Of a stretch of DNA of 64,000 nt, positions 1-13,768 are shown piece after piece (within the stretch, counting starts at the first letter, position 1; the number at the start of each line of letters is the position of its first letter). The DNA lies in NCBI GenBank assembly GCA_012295275.1, contig CM022670.1:11656001-11720000 (forward strand), written 5' to 3'. The notes under the pieces are model-generated. The model did no database searches. It saw nothing but the letters and a program-made list of their open reading frames with translations, and was not told where the DNA came from. Source of the stretch: Chrysomallon squamiferum. Taxonomy: Eukaryota; Animalia; Mollusca. A program made the position numbers and the translations under genes.

Positions 1-499
1 ATTTTCCTTTGCTCCTAGTCACATTAAAGAAAGAAAAATAAATGGACTATTTCAACGACAAAGGAAAATATAATTTTTTACATTAAGCATCAAAACAGGA
101 ACTACACATCAAAATAAGGACAGTGGTGCAAACATTATACGATAATGGCCAATCTAAGATGTTTATTAAGTGATTTGTTAGTTTTTAATCAGATGAAGAG
201 TTGACAGGTTTACTCACTGCTTGTTTTCTTACACAAAAACATCAAATGTCGAGATTGTCATTACTCATCTGTAATGGATTTGGAGTGTTGTAATAGATCC
301 TAGTTTACTAAATTTGAGAAAGAGTTCTGATTTAAAATTCTTCCTACTATCAAAGCATTGAATAATTTCCACAAATATTTTATCATTTCGGCGTAATTCC
401 AACACTTATATTATATATATATATATATATAAGAAAAAGAGCAATAACAACAACAACAATACTAATAATAGATATCCTCAAAGATAGTATTTAATGACT

Positions 500-585
<86 letters not shown>

Positions 586-1092
586 ATATAGAGTCCGGAT
601 TATCGAAATTCTTACATTCTTTATCCTGGAACATAATTTATACTTTCATTGCCAATTGCCAACTTGCTTGCTTATTGGAAATTTTGCGACTGGATGATTC
701 GAAATTATTATTCCGTATTACCTGACTGATTCTTACAGACGAATACGCTGATTATTGCAAAGAATGTAATATTTCATTGTTCAGGCATCTTGCGTTTTAA
801 CCGTTTCCAAGGTATTGTACTCGCAGACGTCCATTGGTGGATAGGATGTACGTGTCACAGGCCATTTTGTCAGCCGATGAGAAAATGTACTGACTTGCTG
901 GACCGTTCAGTCACCAAACGATTAACATTTGTAAATGTGCAGTTACAGTACTATTTTGTCATCGTGGTGTATTGAGAACCGACAGGTTTTTCTTCATCAG
1001 TAGATGTCAATGTTCGATTTTTTAAATTATTTATTATTTATTTTTTATCTTTTTTTTAATCATTTTTATTTATTACTAAATTTGTTTGTGTA

Positions 1093-1130
<38 letters not shown>

Positions 1131-1530
1131 ATATTATTTCTTACATTCAGAAGCAGTTTTATTTGCCTCAGTCGTGAAAAGTATTTAGCAGCAATATACG
1201 AGTCTAGATACAACAAAAACTGTATTTGATAAACAGAATTGTGCTAAAAAAATGTCTGGTAAAATCAGTTTGTTTATGGACAGATGAGTTTTAACATTTG
1301 ATTTCAGTGAGCAAATTATTAAAACGGCGAAACTGTTAAAACACTAAAATGTGTAGTGACCAAAACAGTCGTATAATTTAATAAATTAAAATGATAGGCA
1401 ATATTTTGATGCGCGCGGTACCAACACTGCGACTGCGCAGTCGCACATCCGCTCTGCGTAGAGGGCTTATCGACGGAGAATGAATTATTTCATTATTATA
1501 CAACTGATTAACCTTTTTCCTATGTAAACA

Positions 1531-1565
<35 letters not shown>

Positions 1566-2481
1566 AATAAGAATCTTAGTATTAATCCGATACATTTGTA
1601 AATATATTTATGTATTATTTTCTGTTTCGCTGTTTAGTATAGGAAATCAGGACAGTCACCTCATTTCAACTTATATAGGCAGACTGTATTTTAAGCATTT
1701 TATTTGTTAATCATTATTATTATTAATATATTAACTGCATCGTTAAGGAATGATTACACGCGCATATTGATACGCGCACACACATACATGCATACAGATA
1801 CACACAGACACCTAATAAACACACACAGATACACATAACACACACACAAACACATACGAACACAAGCGTACAAAAGCATTTCCACTTACACACAGGCACA
1901 CAGACATATCCCGATCAGCTAGTCTGTGCGTATAAAAAGCTAGGATTTATTTTGTTTGACGGTGTTTACCAGTTTGTCTGTGACTGCGGCTAGAGTGATT
2001 AATTTGGTCTATTTTACCTTCTTTTTTTAATTTTCCCCAAATATTGTTGTTGCTGTATTTTCCTAACAGACAAGAAAAGATTGGCGGTTAGAGGCAAACA
2101 CAGGACTCAGGTGTTGAGGTGATGTATGATTAGCAGTGACTTGACACAGCATTTTGCTCGTTTCTTCAGACATCTTCAGTCTTCTCTTTCACTAATTTTT
2201 ACACGTTTCTCAATGCTGCTGGTACCTACCTACTCACTGAACTGTCGTGCATACGGGTCCTGACAATGCCCGACTGAAAACGAAAGATGGCGATGCAGCA
2301 AAAACGTTTCGTGGAGCAGTGTGGAATCATTCTCCATGCAGTGTTTAAAGTGGTTTCGTTGTTTACAACCTTCGTCTAATTTCACAACGAAAATTTTCCC
2401 AGCTTACCTCAAAGCAGTGGATTCACTGTTCTTACTGCACAATCTAATGTTTTGTGTTCATTAGACACTATGTCACTATGT

Positions 2482-2516
<35 letters not shown>

Positions 2517-3335
2517 TACATAAAGATACACAAAAAACAAATACAAACGCAGTCATTAGTCAAAAAAAATAAAAAAAATAGAAATGTTTATGTAAAAAGG
2601 AAGAGAAGCTATCTTTATTAATTATAGTAAATTAACCGAAAATCCGGGGGAAATATAAATAAATACGAATGTATGTTTATATGGGTGTTTATGTACAAGT
2701 TTGTGTGAATGTATACGTTAAAGTTTTTTTTATATTACGGTGTGCCTCTATGTGTTACTATGGTTATGTTTATGTTTGTGAGAGTGCGTATATATATTAT
2801 ATGACGTGTTCAGGAACTGCGCGATATCCCTCAGCTTACTCTAAGACTTAGAGTCTAAGTACAGCCTCGTTGATTTTCTTGTATTCTGTCAGTGATCATA
2901 TTGATTGTCTGCGAGGCGGACATAAAATCTCAAGTGCTTTTCTGCTCACTTAGTGCGACGGTGCTAGGCTCACAGTTTTATACAGTATCATACAGCAGTC
3001 ACACTATTTGCATTTCTGCGTCTTATAAATGTAAAGAATTCTTCCTAACTTCTGACATTTAATAATTTGATGCGACTGATGATTAACGATTGCACTTATC
3101 CCAGATTCGTGGTGCTGATCATAAGCTCGCGTGTTTCTTGCAATCACCATAAAATCAATCGCTGTTTTAATACGAGCATTCGCTAACGAAGACGTTGATG
3201 TTATGATTGACGTTATATCAACATGATGTGGCAATCTCAACAAAGATGTTTGTTTAGAAACCGCGCTGTAGAGCACTCAGTGATTTAATTATTATTTATA
3301 GTGTTATTTATTTATTTAAGTATTATTATTATTTA

Positions 3336-3394
<59 letters not shown>

Positions 3395-6300
3395 CTTTTT
3401 TTGTTTTCTCCTAAAAGCTTAATGCTGTTCATTTGGATCTAAGCTCTATAAATCTGAAAATATATGCAAATATCTATGGTTAACGAAAATGACAAAAATG
3501 ATGTCAAAAGAAAGATACCAATATACTTTAAAATCTGAAACAATTTCTAAGTATATTTCTAATAAAAGATTTCAAAAATTCTTTCAGTGATTCGCATTGT
3601 TTTATTTCTGAGAAACGATAAAATTCTTTGGATGGGGCGAAGTTTTTAAAATTAATATTATGTTAAAACGAATTAACTGAAGTGATCTAAAACACTGTCG
3701 TTTTTAAAATATGTACTGGGAATAAGTTGTTTTACATTATCAGTTACATAATCCTAGTTAGATCCAGAATGTAATTTAAAAAAAAAAAAACAATTCTGAA
3801 ATATAATTTGATTTCTTTTTTCTTTTTTTCCTTTTTTTTTCTTTTTTTTTGGAATATGATACAATTTATGCTTTTTTTTTTCATGGTATTAGCATGGATT
3901 TTTAGTCAACACAGAACAATTGCTGTCGATACAAGGGTTTATCGTTTATCTCTAAATGTCGCTATAAACCAGTTATTATTTATGGTATCAGTGACATTAC
4001 TGCAGTCTTTGCAGACAACACATAACATTTACATAAAAATACATTCACTTCACCTTAATGAAGGCTGATAGAGTTTTAAGTAGTTTAATCACTGAAAACT
4101 AAAGAAATGAAATTATCTCGGATTATTCCCACTGCCGACGAACTCATCCACAAATAGCAACCCATTTATTTTTGGCTCACTCTACGATCAGAAGAGTGAA
4201 TGACGTAAAATTTCGAACACGGAAATGTGGAAAAAACTTCGTTTCTGTTAGAGTATTAAAGAACGTCTGTGAAAAAAATTGCGAGCTTTTAGAAAATTTC
4301 CCGTCCTTAAAAAGTTGGTTTCCTGTCGTTTTAATACGGACACTAGAGACATCAATAGAAAACAGGAAAGAAAACTTGTTCTTCATAGATATTTCCTACC
4401 CCAAAGAGAGCTGCTTTTAATCTCAATTCTCATTTACAAAACACTAAAAAAAAAAAAAAAAGAAGAAAAAAAAAAGGTAATTTATTCATGAAAAATGGAT
4501 CATTCACTTCTAATTAATATGTAATGCATATTATGTTAGTAGCATGAATATATACTTATTGAAAAAAAAATTATATTTTGGTGTAGACGAAATTCATTGT
4601 TTTTATTTGAACGTCTCGTACTCATATCTTGTTAAGTACAAATTTTGATCTTTACATTTACTAGTTGAGAAAGGATACGACAAAAAGGGGATATAATGTA
4701 GAACTTGTTCTTTTCCCTGCTGTAACCTGTTTGTACTAACTGCCCCAGTGTAAAGAGGATACAGAGGCCAATTTGTTTCCATAATTCGGCAGGTCATTGT
4801 GGGAAAACGATATGGTTACATGTTCGGATTATTGAATTTCCTTCCACAAATGTTTGGCCAAATAATACAATTATGTCTGTAATAAATTTTATTATCTGCA
4901 TTTCAAAATAAAACTGTTATTTTCCACCTCCTCCCCAGTGCAGAAGTCTACATTAATTCTGCGCTCGGTCTGTTCGTGCCGGAGAAAGATAAATAGCAAA
5001 GATTAGCTTAGCGAAATGCTTGTTTTCACAGACGTCTCCGGTTTGTGTGAGCTATCCCAGAATGCAACATGCCACGGCCATTTTGATTCGCTAGACAACT
5101 GCAATTTAAAACTGCAAACCGTATAGATCTTATGTTCGAACTGTGAAATTCCTTCTACCCTGTAGATAGAGTTCAGATTAATATAACCATTAAATAAACT
5201 TATGTATGTGATAAAATTTATTGTCTTTAACTGAAAATAATTTTATTCCTTTTTGGCTTTTGTCAATCCCAATGAAGCAAAGAGAGCGATATTTATAATT
5301 ATAATTAAAAAATGAAACAAATAAACCTGTGATTTTACTTTTGGATAATCAGTTCATCAAACGCGAAAGAAACGTTGCCTAGAATGGTAACGCCATGATA
5401 ATGAAAGTTACAGACTGAGGTAAAAGGGTAGCACCTAACATTTTCATTATTTGCACAAAAAGGCACTTAATGATCGTCATGCAAATTCAATTTCCAAACA
5501 GTACAGTGCCGGACTCTTCAATGTTGTGTCGAATGACGTGATTGGTCCTTCTGTTTCAGCGCATCCAGTCGACCAGTGAAAAACGTTGGCTTTCAAACGG
5601 TGCATTTCCCGATTTCATGCATTAAGTCACCAAGGAGACTGAATCATGCAGGCCCCCGTCAGTTAGCTAGGGGACAACTGAATATAACTTAATTTCTTTC
5701 CACATTCACACGTGACAAAGACCTCATTTGACTTGAATCTACTATGGAAATAATGGATCAGTAAAAATAAGGAGTAAAAATAAATTTTTGTTTACAATAT
5801 TATAAATAATAATAATAATAAAAGAAGCCTCATGTCTTTTTAAAAATTTTCAGACGCAAATGTAGAGAATATAACTTCCATTGTCGTGGTATAAATGAAA
5901 ATTACTCACAGTTTCAACTTGATGACGACTTGTCAAATAACCAGTCCGAAACAATTACTGAATTTATGTTGTCACACATTATAACAATATATGTGAACTG
6001 TTAATCATTTAGCTTCTGCCCAGCATGAAGTAATGGACTCATCTTCCCAACTGTTACACAGTCAGCTTACTGAATATTTAAGCAAGCCCATACCAACAAT
6101 TAAGAAACAAGAACAGAAATATATATTCTCATCCATTTATTATAAATTCAGTCACATGACACAAGATAACATGAATTATGATCTTATCTTTAGTACGTAT
6201 GAACGGTTCATGTAGCACTGGAATATATTACAAAGTTACAGGACATATCAGTATATAAATGTATTCAGCCAAGTTCAGCAGGTGACTGTTTCTCTAATAT

Positions 6301-7383
6301 TACAGCCGGTCTGCTTAATTAGTCCCTCAGCTGACTGTGTAACAAATGGGACGTATAATAAATGGGAGACAACCGCTAACGACGGGACTAGCGGACCACC
6401 AAAAAGACACATTGTAGGTCACTGGACAACTGGAGGGTCCACAGTAGTTTGAGAAACTGAAGTATATATCAGTGATAGCAGTGGAGACAGCGAGTGTCAT
6501 AAATGTATTTCCTATGAAATTTGTCATTTTAAAAATTGTAATATTATTAACATGTATTATTTAACAATGGCTGAAGGAAATTCAGGCTGTTTGGACCTAG
6601 TTTGAATAATCGCTTCCTACGCGTCCTTGTAGCCATACTGATAAGCCACGTGTAATGTGGTACCATCCGTAACACTAGGTACCAGTCAAAATGCTTCTAA
6701 GAACTCGAGATAAGATGGCGTCTGCAGTGAACAGACGGAGGCAGGCAGACAGACAGACAGACAGAGAAAGGGAGGAGAGGGAGTGGGGACGGATGGAGAG
6801 AAGGAAGGAGGGAAGCAGGAAGGCAGACAGAAAGATAGAAAGACAATCAGACAGAGATAGACAGACATACAGACATACAGACAGACATACAGATAAACAG
6901 ACAGAGTGAGAGAGAGATTCTAAACCACTGTGTTCTGATTTTCTGAATTTTAGCTAACATGGTAGTTATTCGTGATACAGAGGATAACAAATGAATATGT
7001 TTACTGTCGTAATTATTTGATGAACGATAATAATGATTGACTGCATACAAGTTAATGAAAGTCAACAGACACTTTGGAAATTCAAAGCTTTTGGGAAATA
7101 ACCTTTTATCTTTCTCCAATCTGGGTTCAGTCGGTTATATGAATTTGATTTATTTTTTTATTATATATATTAATTCGTTTATTTCTTTGCGCATTATTAG
7201 CCTGAAATCAGGCGATTAGCAAATACATGTATAAATGTAAGGTCAAACAGTTAATATAAAATTACATAAATAATTTTTTCTTGAATATAAAATATGGATA
7301 ATTAATCATAATGCCATTACCATTACAACAAAATGCTCGAAATTTGAATCCATTATTTATTTATTTACTTATAATTTAATTAT

Positions 7384-7433
<50 letters not shown>

Positions 7434-8720
7434 AATTTAAAAAAAGTTATAAAAAAAAGAAAGAAAGAAAAAGAAAACAAAAGAAATAGAAAAGCACTCA
7501 AAAAGCTGTATGACATTTCCCGATTTATATAGTTGTATAGTTGTATAGCGAAACTGAGAAAGTCATACTGTTTGCAGTATTAGTATGTCACAAAGACAGA
7601 ACCAAGTTATTCAATTAAAGAAATAAACAAGTACGCAAAGAGTGTCTGTATATAGAGTATGTTGAATTGTTGTTGTGGTTTTTTTTTTAATGTTGTTTTT
7701 GACTTGACCAATATATATATATATATACCAGTGGCTCTAACATACATGTATGTTTGCATATTTGTATGTATGTATGAATGTATGTATGTCTGTATATAGG
7801 TATGTGCACCATTATATGTACTAGTTAGACAAAATCCATGACGTCACATCGTATCATTACTTTCAACCCATTTGAATCTATTTCTTTAATTTTATAGAAT
7901 ACATCATTTTCTTGCTTTCTCTTACAAACAGAGCATCTCTCTATTCCTATAATTATTGAGTTTTAAATTCCATTCGTCTTTTAAATGAATATAACTATAT
8001 TTGGTTAATAATTAATATACAGTATTACTTGGATACTATTAAATGTTGGAGAACTGAAAAAGTATTTGATTTGTATTTACAGTATTTACATATACCAGAA
8101 GCGCAAAACAAACAAACAAACAGATAAAAAAAGTTAAAAAAAAAAAAAAAAAAAAAAAACAAACAACAAATAAATAAATAAATAAAATACCAACAATTTT
8201 ACTCGTTTATTTTCTGATATCACAAAGCAAGATAGCACTGAAGATGTATAATATATACATAATACGGGCTATGAATCTGTGATTATTTTATTATCTGATA
8301 AAGAATTATTACTGGAAGGACATAATTTTGAAATTATCAAGTCATTTAAGAAATTGTATGTAAGAAATAAAATATATATTTGAAAAATAACTTTTTCAAA
8401 GATGGAGATGTTCCATCTATCTGTACGTTTGAAAGATACGTAATTCTGAACACGGAAACAGAGGTTAATATATAGCATTAATGTTTTTTAAATGTTAATT
8501 TGTAATGTCACATTAAAAATTAATTATGCTATCGACCTTCTTTTTTTGTATGAAAAATTTATTTCAGCAGGCGTTTGATCCTAGAATTATCAATGTGGAT
8601 TCTTAACACTTCACAGGACAGCAAATTTTCATATAAATCAAATTATGTAACTGATTATATAAACTTTGGAAACCAGTAGGTTTTTCTCAAAGTTTTGAAA
8701 ATATGTTATTTCTGTAACTA
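1..8720. pseudogene. Decayed cadherin-repeat coding remnants in the GluN3 upstream intron
   Basis: - strand: ITDE/NDN (275-254), TDGGLHDSVSLV (5663-5628), RTGYLTSRHQVETVSNFHLYHDNGS (5948-5874). + strand: TDLLDRSV (889-912), SGKISLFMDR* (1255-1287), PTYSLNCRAYG (2225-2257), LSAT...TVLYSII (2949-2992). Many stops and frameshifts; strand unresolved. Confidence 0.45.
6740..6916. repeat. Purine-rich (GACA/GGAA/GA)n compound microsatellite
   Basis: Direct reading. Confidence 0.85.
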
Positions 8721-8879
8721 GTACACAAACAATGTTCTTGCACATACACACGTACGCACGAACACACACATACGTATCAACATAAACAAAAAAAAAAAAG
8801 ACTTTGTATGAAACATTTATGCATTTTAAAATTATCATCATTTTTTGAATGTTATTTTTTTATTCGTTTTATTTATTTA

Positions 8880-8920
<41 letters not shown>

Positions 8921-9108
8921 CTTTCAATAAAAAAGATAATAACAAGTGACAACTAAAGGTTTGTAGACCGGAATATGTTTTGTGTTTAACAGTATATATC
9001 ATATTTAAGATCAGTTCAGAAATTGTTTTTCAGCAGATTATTCTGAAATGAAATTAACTTTTATGCCTCTTTTTGTATGTTTTTGTTTGTGTGCGTTTGA
9101 GTAATGTG

Positions 9109-9139
<31 letters not shown>

Positions 9140-9283
9140 ACTTTAACTGGAAGGTAGGTTTGTCAGAAATATTTTCTTATTTATTTTGGTAACATATCTA
9201 ATTTTTTTTATTTTTTTTTTTTATTTATTCTTATAACACATCTGAATTTCTTATCCATTCTTCATGTTTTGAAATTTTTCCAG

Positions 9284-9876
9284 ATACATCACAACTTGTA
9301 CATGCAACTTAAGCCGTCCACCTCTCATTTAGCCAGGGGTTTGGCCAAAATGATGTCAGTCAACTTTTGGTACAAATTCACGCTAATCGTCGAGGACACG
9401 TTGTACTTAGACGGATTTTATGCCGTGTTGCAAACGCTTACACAGGATCAAAAGTGGAGTATAGATGTGATTCACTTTTCGTTGTTGAAAAATTCTAGCA
9501 AGTACATAGAAAATGTTCTGTCGTCACAGCGCACAAATTCGTCAAGGATATTTGTGATTCATGCTACAGTGGCTTTGGTGACTAGGATATTTAAACAAGC
9601 CCGAAAGCTTCATTTAGGAGAGCATGAATTTGCCTGGATTATTACCGAAAATGCCTACACAATGCAGCACGATATTATTCAGTACTATCTTCCCGGCACT
9701 CTTGTCTTTCTCGTGAACAGAGCTCTGTGTCTGGACGATCTCGTCGAAGACGCTGTGACGCTAATCGGGATATCGGCCGAGGAGCACCGTCACGTGATTA
9801 AATCTGTTTACAAACACAGCAGCACGTGCTGGCCGAAGAAGACAACGAGACGCGTTCACGGCGTCGATATGTACAG
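9284..9876 (+). CDS. GRIN3: GluN3-type NMDA receptor subunit, visible exon 1 (C-terminal part of amino-terminal domain); gene is 5'-partial
   Basis: Acceptor ttttccag|ATA, donor AG|gtaatt (phase 2). IHHNLYMQLKPS...NFWYKFTLIVED...SRIFVIH...FAWIITE...HGVDMYR resembles an NMDAR ATD lower lobe. Confidence 0.9.
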
Positions 9877-9915
9877 GTAATTTAGTTTTATAATTTAAAA
9901 GTTAAAAATATATTA

Positions 9916-9946
<31 letters not shown>

Positions 9947-10138
9947 GTAAATTTGAATTACCAGACTGTGTGAAAATAACTTATAATTATTTATGGTTAT
10001 AGTTTATAATTTGCAAGTCATTTATTTTATTTTATTTTATTTTATTTTATTTTATTTTATTTATTTATTTATTTATTTATTTTTTTGTAGCTATTTTCAG
10101 AATAAACAGGTTGCAAGTTAAATAACAAAAACGAATAA

Positions 10139-10174
<36 letters not shown>

Positions 10175-12540
10175 ATAGAAATAGTGAAAAAAAGAAAGAA
10201 AGAATAATAAATGAAAAAAGAAGATACATATTATGGTAAAATAAAACCACAAGATCATTAAGGCCAAACTGAAGTAACATATGCTAACATAAAACTAAAA
10301 CATTTATAATAAACTATTTAAAACAGAGACATGATGATAAATAAATAAATAAATAAATAATAAAATTGTATTATATTATATGATGATGATGATAAATAAA
10401 ATAAATAACAAACAAAATATCTAAGTCTAATTTTAAATAATTTGTAATATATACCGAAATTTTAGTTTTTCAGAACAGTGTGCATTAAATTATTTTATGA
10501 CAGTCTATATTGCTGGAATATTGACAAATGGTTTTTGCTTTATAATTTTAAAAAGTTATAAGTCGGGCAAGTGATAAACTCCTGTGACAAATGATAATGC
10601 TTTGAACCCTTTTCTAAAGGGAAATTCAAAAATGTTTTTTTAGCGCAAACACTGACAAAATAGAGCATTGTTACTGAACATATATTTATATAGCACACAC
10701 ATTAACCATTTTATTTTACACGTTTGATACGTACTAAGATTTATATACGTTCACGAAACAATCGTGTAATAAATAAATCTGCGAAATCTTTGATATCAGA
10801 TATCTTTATACTGATTAATGTTTCAGTATCTCACAAACAATAATATTTGAAACCATCGATTATTTGTAACCGATCCATTCACGAGAATAATTTTGAAAGC
10901 CAAGTATGTTAATGGTACCTTTTAAGCACAGAATTATAATAATTTGGTCTCATTTGGGCAGAGATTAATCGGTTGACGACAGAATTGGGCATGAATAAGT
11001 TCATTTAAAACATTCAGGCTGTTGCCAAACCAAGAATTGCCTTAATATAGAGAAAATTGCACAGGACAGCCAGGCTGTTAAATTAATGATAATATGATAT
11101 CCGTTCTTCTTTTGATGAAGGAAATAATATAAACAGTACTGCATTCAGCCTCAGTCAGGAAGTTATGCTAATTTAATGGAGATTTAATGCAAATACAAAA
11201 ACATAAATAAGTCACGTGATTGGCACTACTTGACAGGAACCAGTTTATTTCCGTCGTGTTTCCATTCAGTTGATAAGAATTTTACGCAGTGAATTAAAAG
11301 AATAAAAATTGGCAAGAAAGAAAAAACCGTTTTAGGGTGCATAAAACTAGAAATAAAGAAACGTAAAATATCTTACCTAAAGTAGGGAATCAAAATTTAC
11401 AGATAAAGAGTTTGAATAGCATAGGAAGCAATGACCTATTAATAATAGTCATGCTATAAAAATAATAAAATATGGCGCATGCTAATGACCGCTATCCGTA
11501 AATCTGTGACGTCATTTTGAGATATAGCTTGCCATATTATTTTCATTTTTTTTTTTCTTCTTTTTAAAATTTCTTTTCTTTCTTTTTTAATGAGTTAACA
11601 CTGTTAATAATTCTAAAGTCTGTAATGTCTTTCTAATTTAGATTTTGGTTACGATTAATTTAGCTCATTTCAACTGAAGACTATTCGTCTGAAAACAGAT
11701 TGCTAAGAATATTCTAAAACTAAAATTTCTAGTAATATTTCTTTCATTTTGTTGCTTTGTTTAACACCATCCAAACCCTTTTTATTATTACTATTTTTTT
11801 GAATAAAAGATGGTGAAAAAAAGAAGTTAATTTACAATATTTGCATAATTATATTCAAACGTGCTATCTATCATCCTTGAATTTAAAGTGTTAGTGATGT
11901 TTGCCAAATATTTTACATGTAATTATCTTATGCAACAAAAGCTGGTATGCAGAAAATGAAAATAAAATAATAATAAATAATAATAATTATAATAACAATA
12001 AAAAATAAAATAAAATAAAGTAAAATATAATAAAATAAATAAATAAATAAATAAATAAAACAGTTCACTGTCATTAAATTAAATTATGTTTACAGATTTT
12101 TTTATTTTATTTCATCTATCATGGATTAACAGACACGTATAAGATACCAATATTTTTACAAATGATTCTTCCTTTGAATAATTCAATGTGTTTTTCGATT
12201 TAAAGTGCAAAACGCGGGAGTATTTCATATTTATCTATTTTCTAATGTAAAACGAGCTGGTTAGTCAAGGAAACAATAGAGAAGCAGAATCAATCAAGCC
12301 TGGTTTTTAAAAATAAAAATTGATATATTTGTTGATATAATGAAAAACAATGTGCCTTTATAACTTATGCATATGCATTGCAGATCCAAACGTTTACCAG
12401 ATATATCCTCTAAGAGATAACTAAATTTAAAACCAGCTGTTCTGATCACTGAAACAATTAAATTTTGTGCTTGATCTTGTATGCAATTTTATAATAAATG
12501 TTTATTCTGTTTAAAAAAATTATACCTTTTATTATTTCAG

Positions 12541-13579
12541 AGCAATTTTGGACACACATATTTATGGTAAAACGGGTCCTTTACAATTCGACAGTAATGG
12601 ATATCTTGCCTTGACAAACTTTAAAGTTAAAAACCTTGTGTTTGACGGCAGGAGTAACGTCTGGAGAGATATTGGATGTATACAAGGTGATGACATTAGA
12701 CCTTTCAAAATGATTTGGCCCGGAGACGCCACGCGAATTCATTCTTCGCCACAAGGTAAGAAAAGATACCGGGTCGTCACGAACCCAGTCCAGCCGTTTG
12801 TGATGATCGAGAAACCCGACTCGGACTACGACACGTGCATGACAGACACGGTATGTCTCAACATCACTTCTAAAAACAAATCTGACGCGCTTGCAGCTAT
12901 CGAGGACTACGAAAATGGCGTCGTTAACAATAATTCTTATAGAATATACTGTTGCCGGGGTCTTTCAATAGATCTGTTAAACAGACTGGCTAGTGATCTA
13001 GACTTTGAATTCACTTTATACATCGTGCAGGACGAAACGTACGGACAGCAGAAGAACGGGACCTGGGACGGGATGATGTGGGATTTGATGGAGGGTACGG
13101 CGCATTTTGCTGTCGCCGCATTCAGCATCACTCGCGCCAGAACAAGAGCCATAGATTTCACTGACCCTTATTTTTTTTCAGGTTTTTCTATTCTGTATTC
13201 GGAAAGAACGAGAGAAACAAATATGGATGCATTTCTTGAACCTTTTTCGTTGGATGTGTGGTTTGCTATATTTGTTAGTGGTACCCTGACGGCTGTGGCA
13301 ATGGCGTTGTTCGAATGGAATAGTCCGTTTGGATTAAATCCCTGGGGCAGGAAGAGGAAGGCTAACTATACTCTGGCGTCAGGATTAACTATGGTGTACT
13401 CAGTTCTTTTCGGCCACACTGTTAAAACAAAATCACCAAAAGCTTGGCCGAGCAAAGTTATGCAAAACTTTTGGGCATTTGCTTCTATTTTTATTATAGC
13501 AAGTTACACAGCAAATCTGGCAGCTTTCATTGCTGGCAAACATGCAGGCATCCACTACATTGATATCAACGATCAAAGG
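12541..13579 (+). CDS. GRIN3: GluN3-type NMDA receptor, visible exon 2 (end of ATD, S1, M1, M2 pore loop, M3)
   Basis: Acceptor tttcag|A, donor AGG|gtaagc. CCRGLSIDLL, AFSITRAR, IDFTDPYF, EWNSPFGLNP, YSVLFGHTV, SYTANLAAF. Gly at the N/Q/R site and EWxSPFGL are GluN3 hallmarks. Confidence 0.96.
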
Positions 13580-13735
13580 GTAAGCAGACTGTTGCTTCAT
13601 AAAGTATTTTTAATTGACCTTCCTCCCATTGAAGCTGGTCCAATTAATGTGCAAACATTTAACAAACTGGCATCAGTTAAACATAACCTGATTCTTGCAA
13701 AAGAATTTTTTTCCACACAGCATACATTAAATAAT

Positions 13736-13768
<33 letters not shown>

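Noticed and set aside
1-9283. Missing first GluN3 exon (signal peptide, upper ATD)
   Set aside because: No suitable ORF with a phase-0 donor found; it must lie upstream of the window.
5479-11514. Repeated octamer (ATGCAAAT 5479, 11187), ACGTGATTGG (5536, 11214) and CRE (7839, 11507) motifs as neuronal enhancers
   Set aside because: Short motifs expected by chance in this length; several coincide with the cadherin-like remnants (e.g. DVIG). No independent support.
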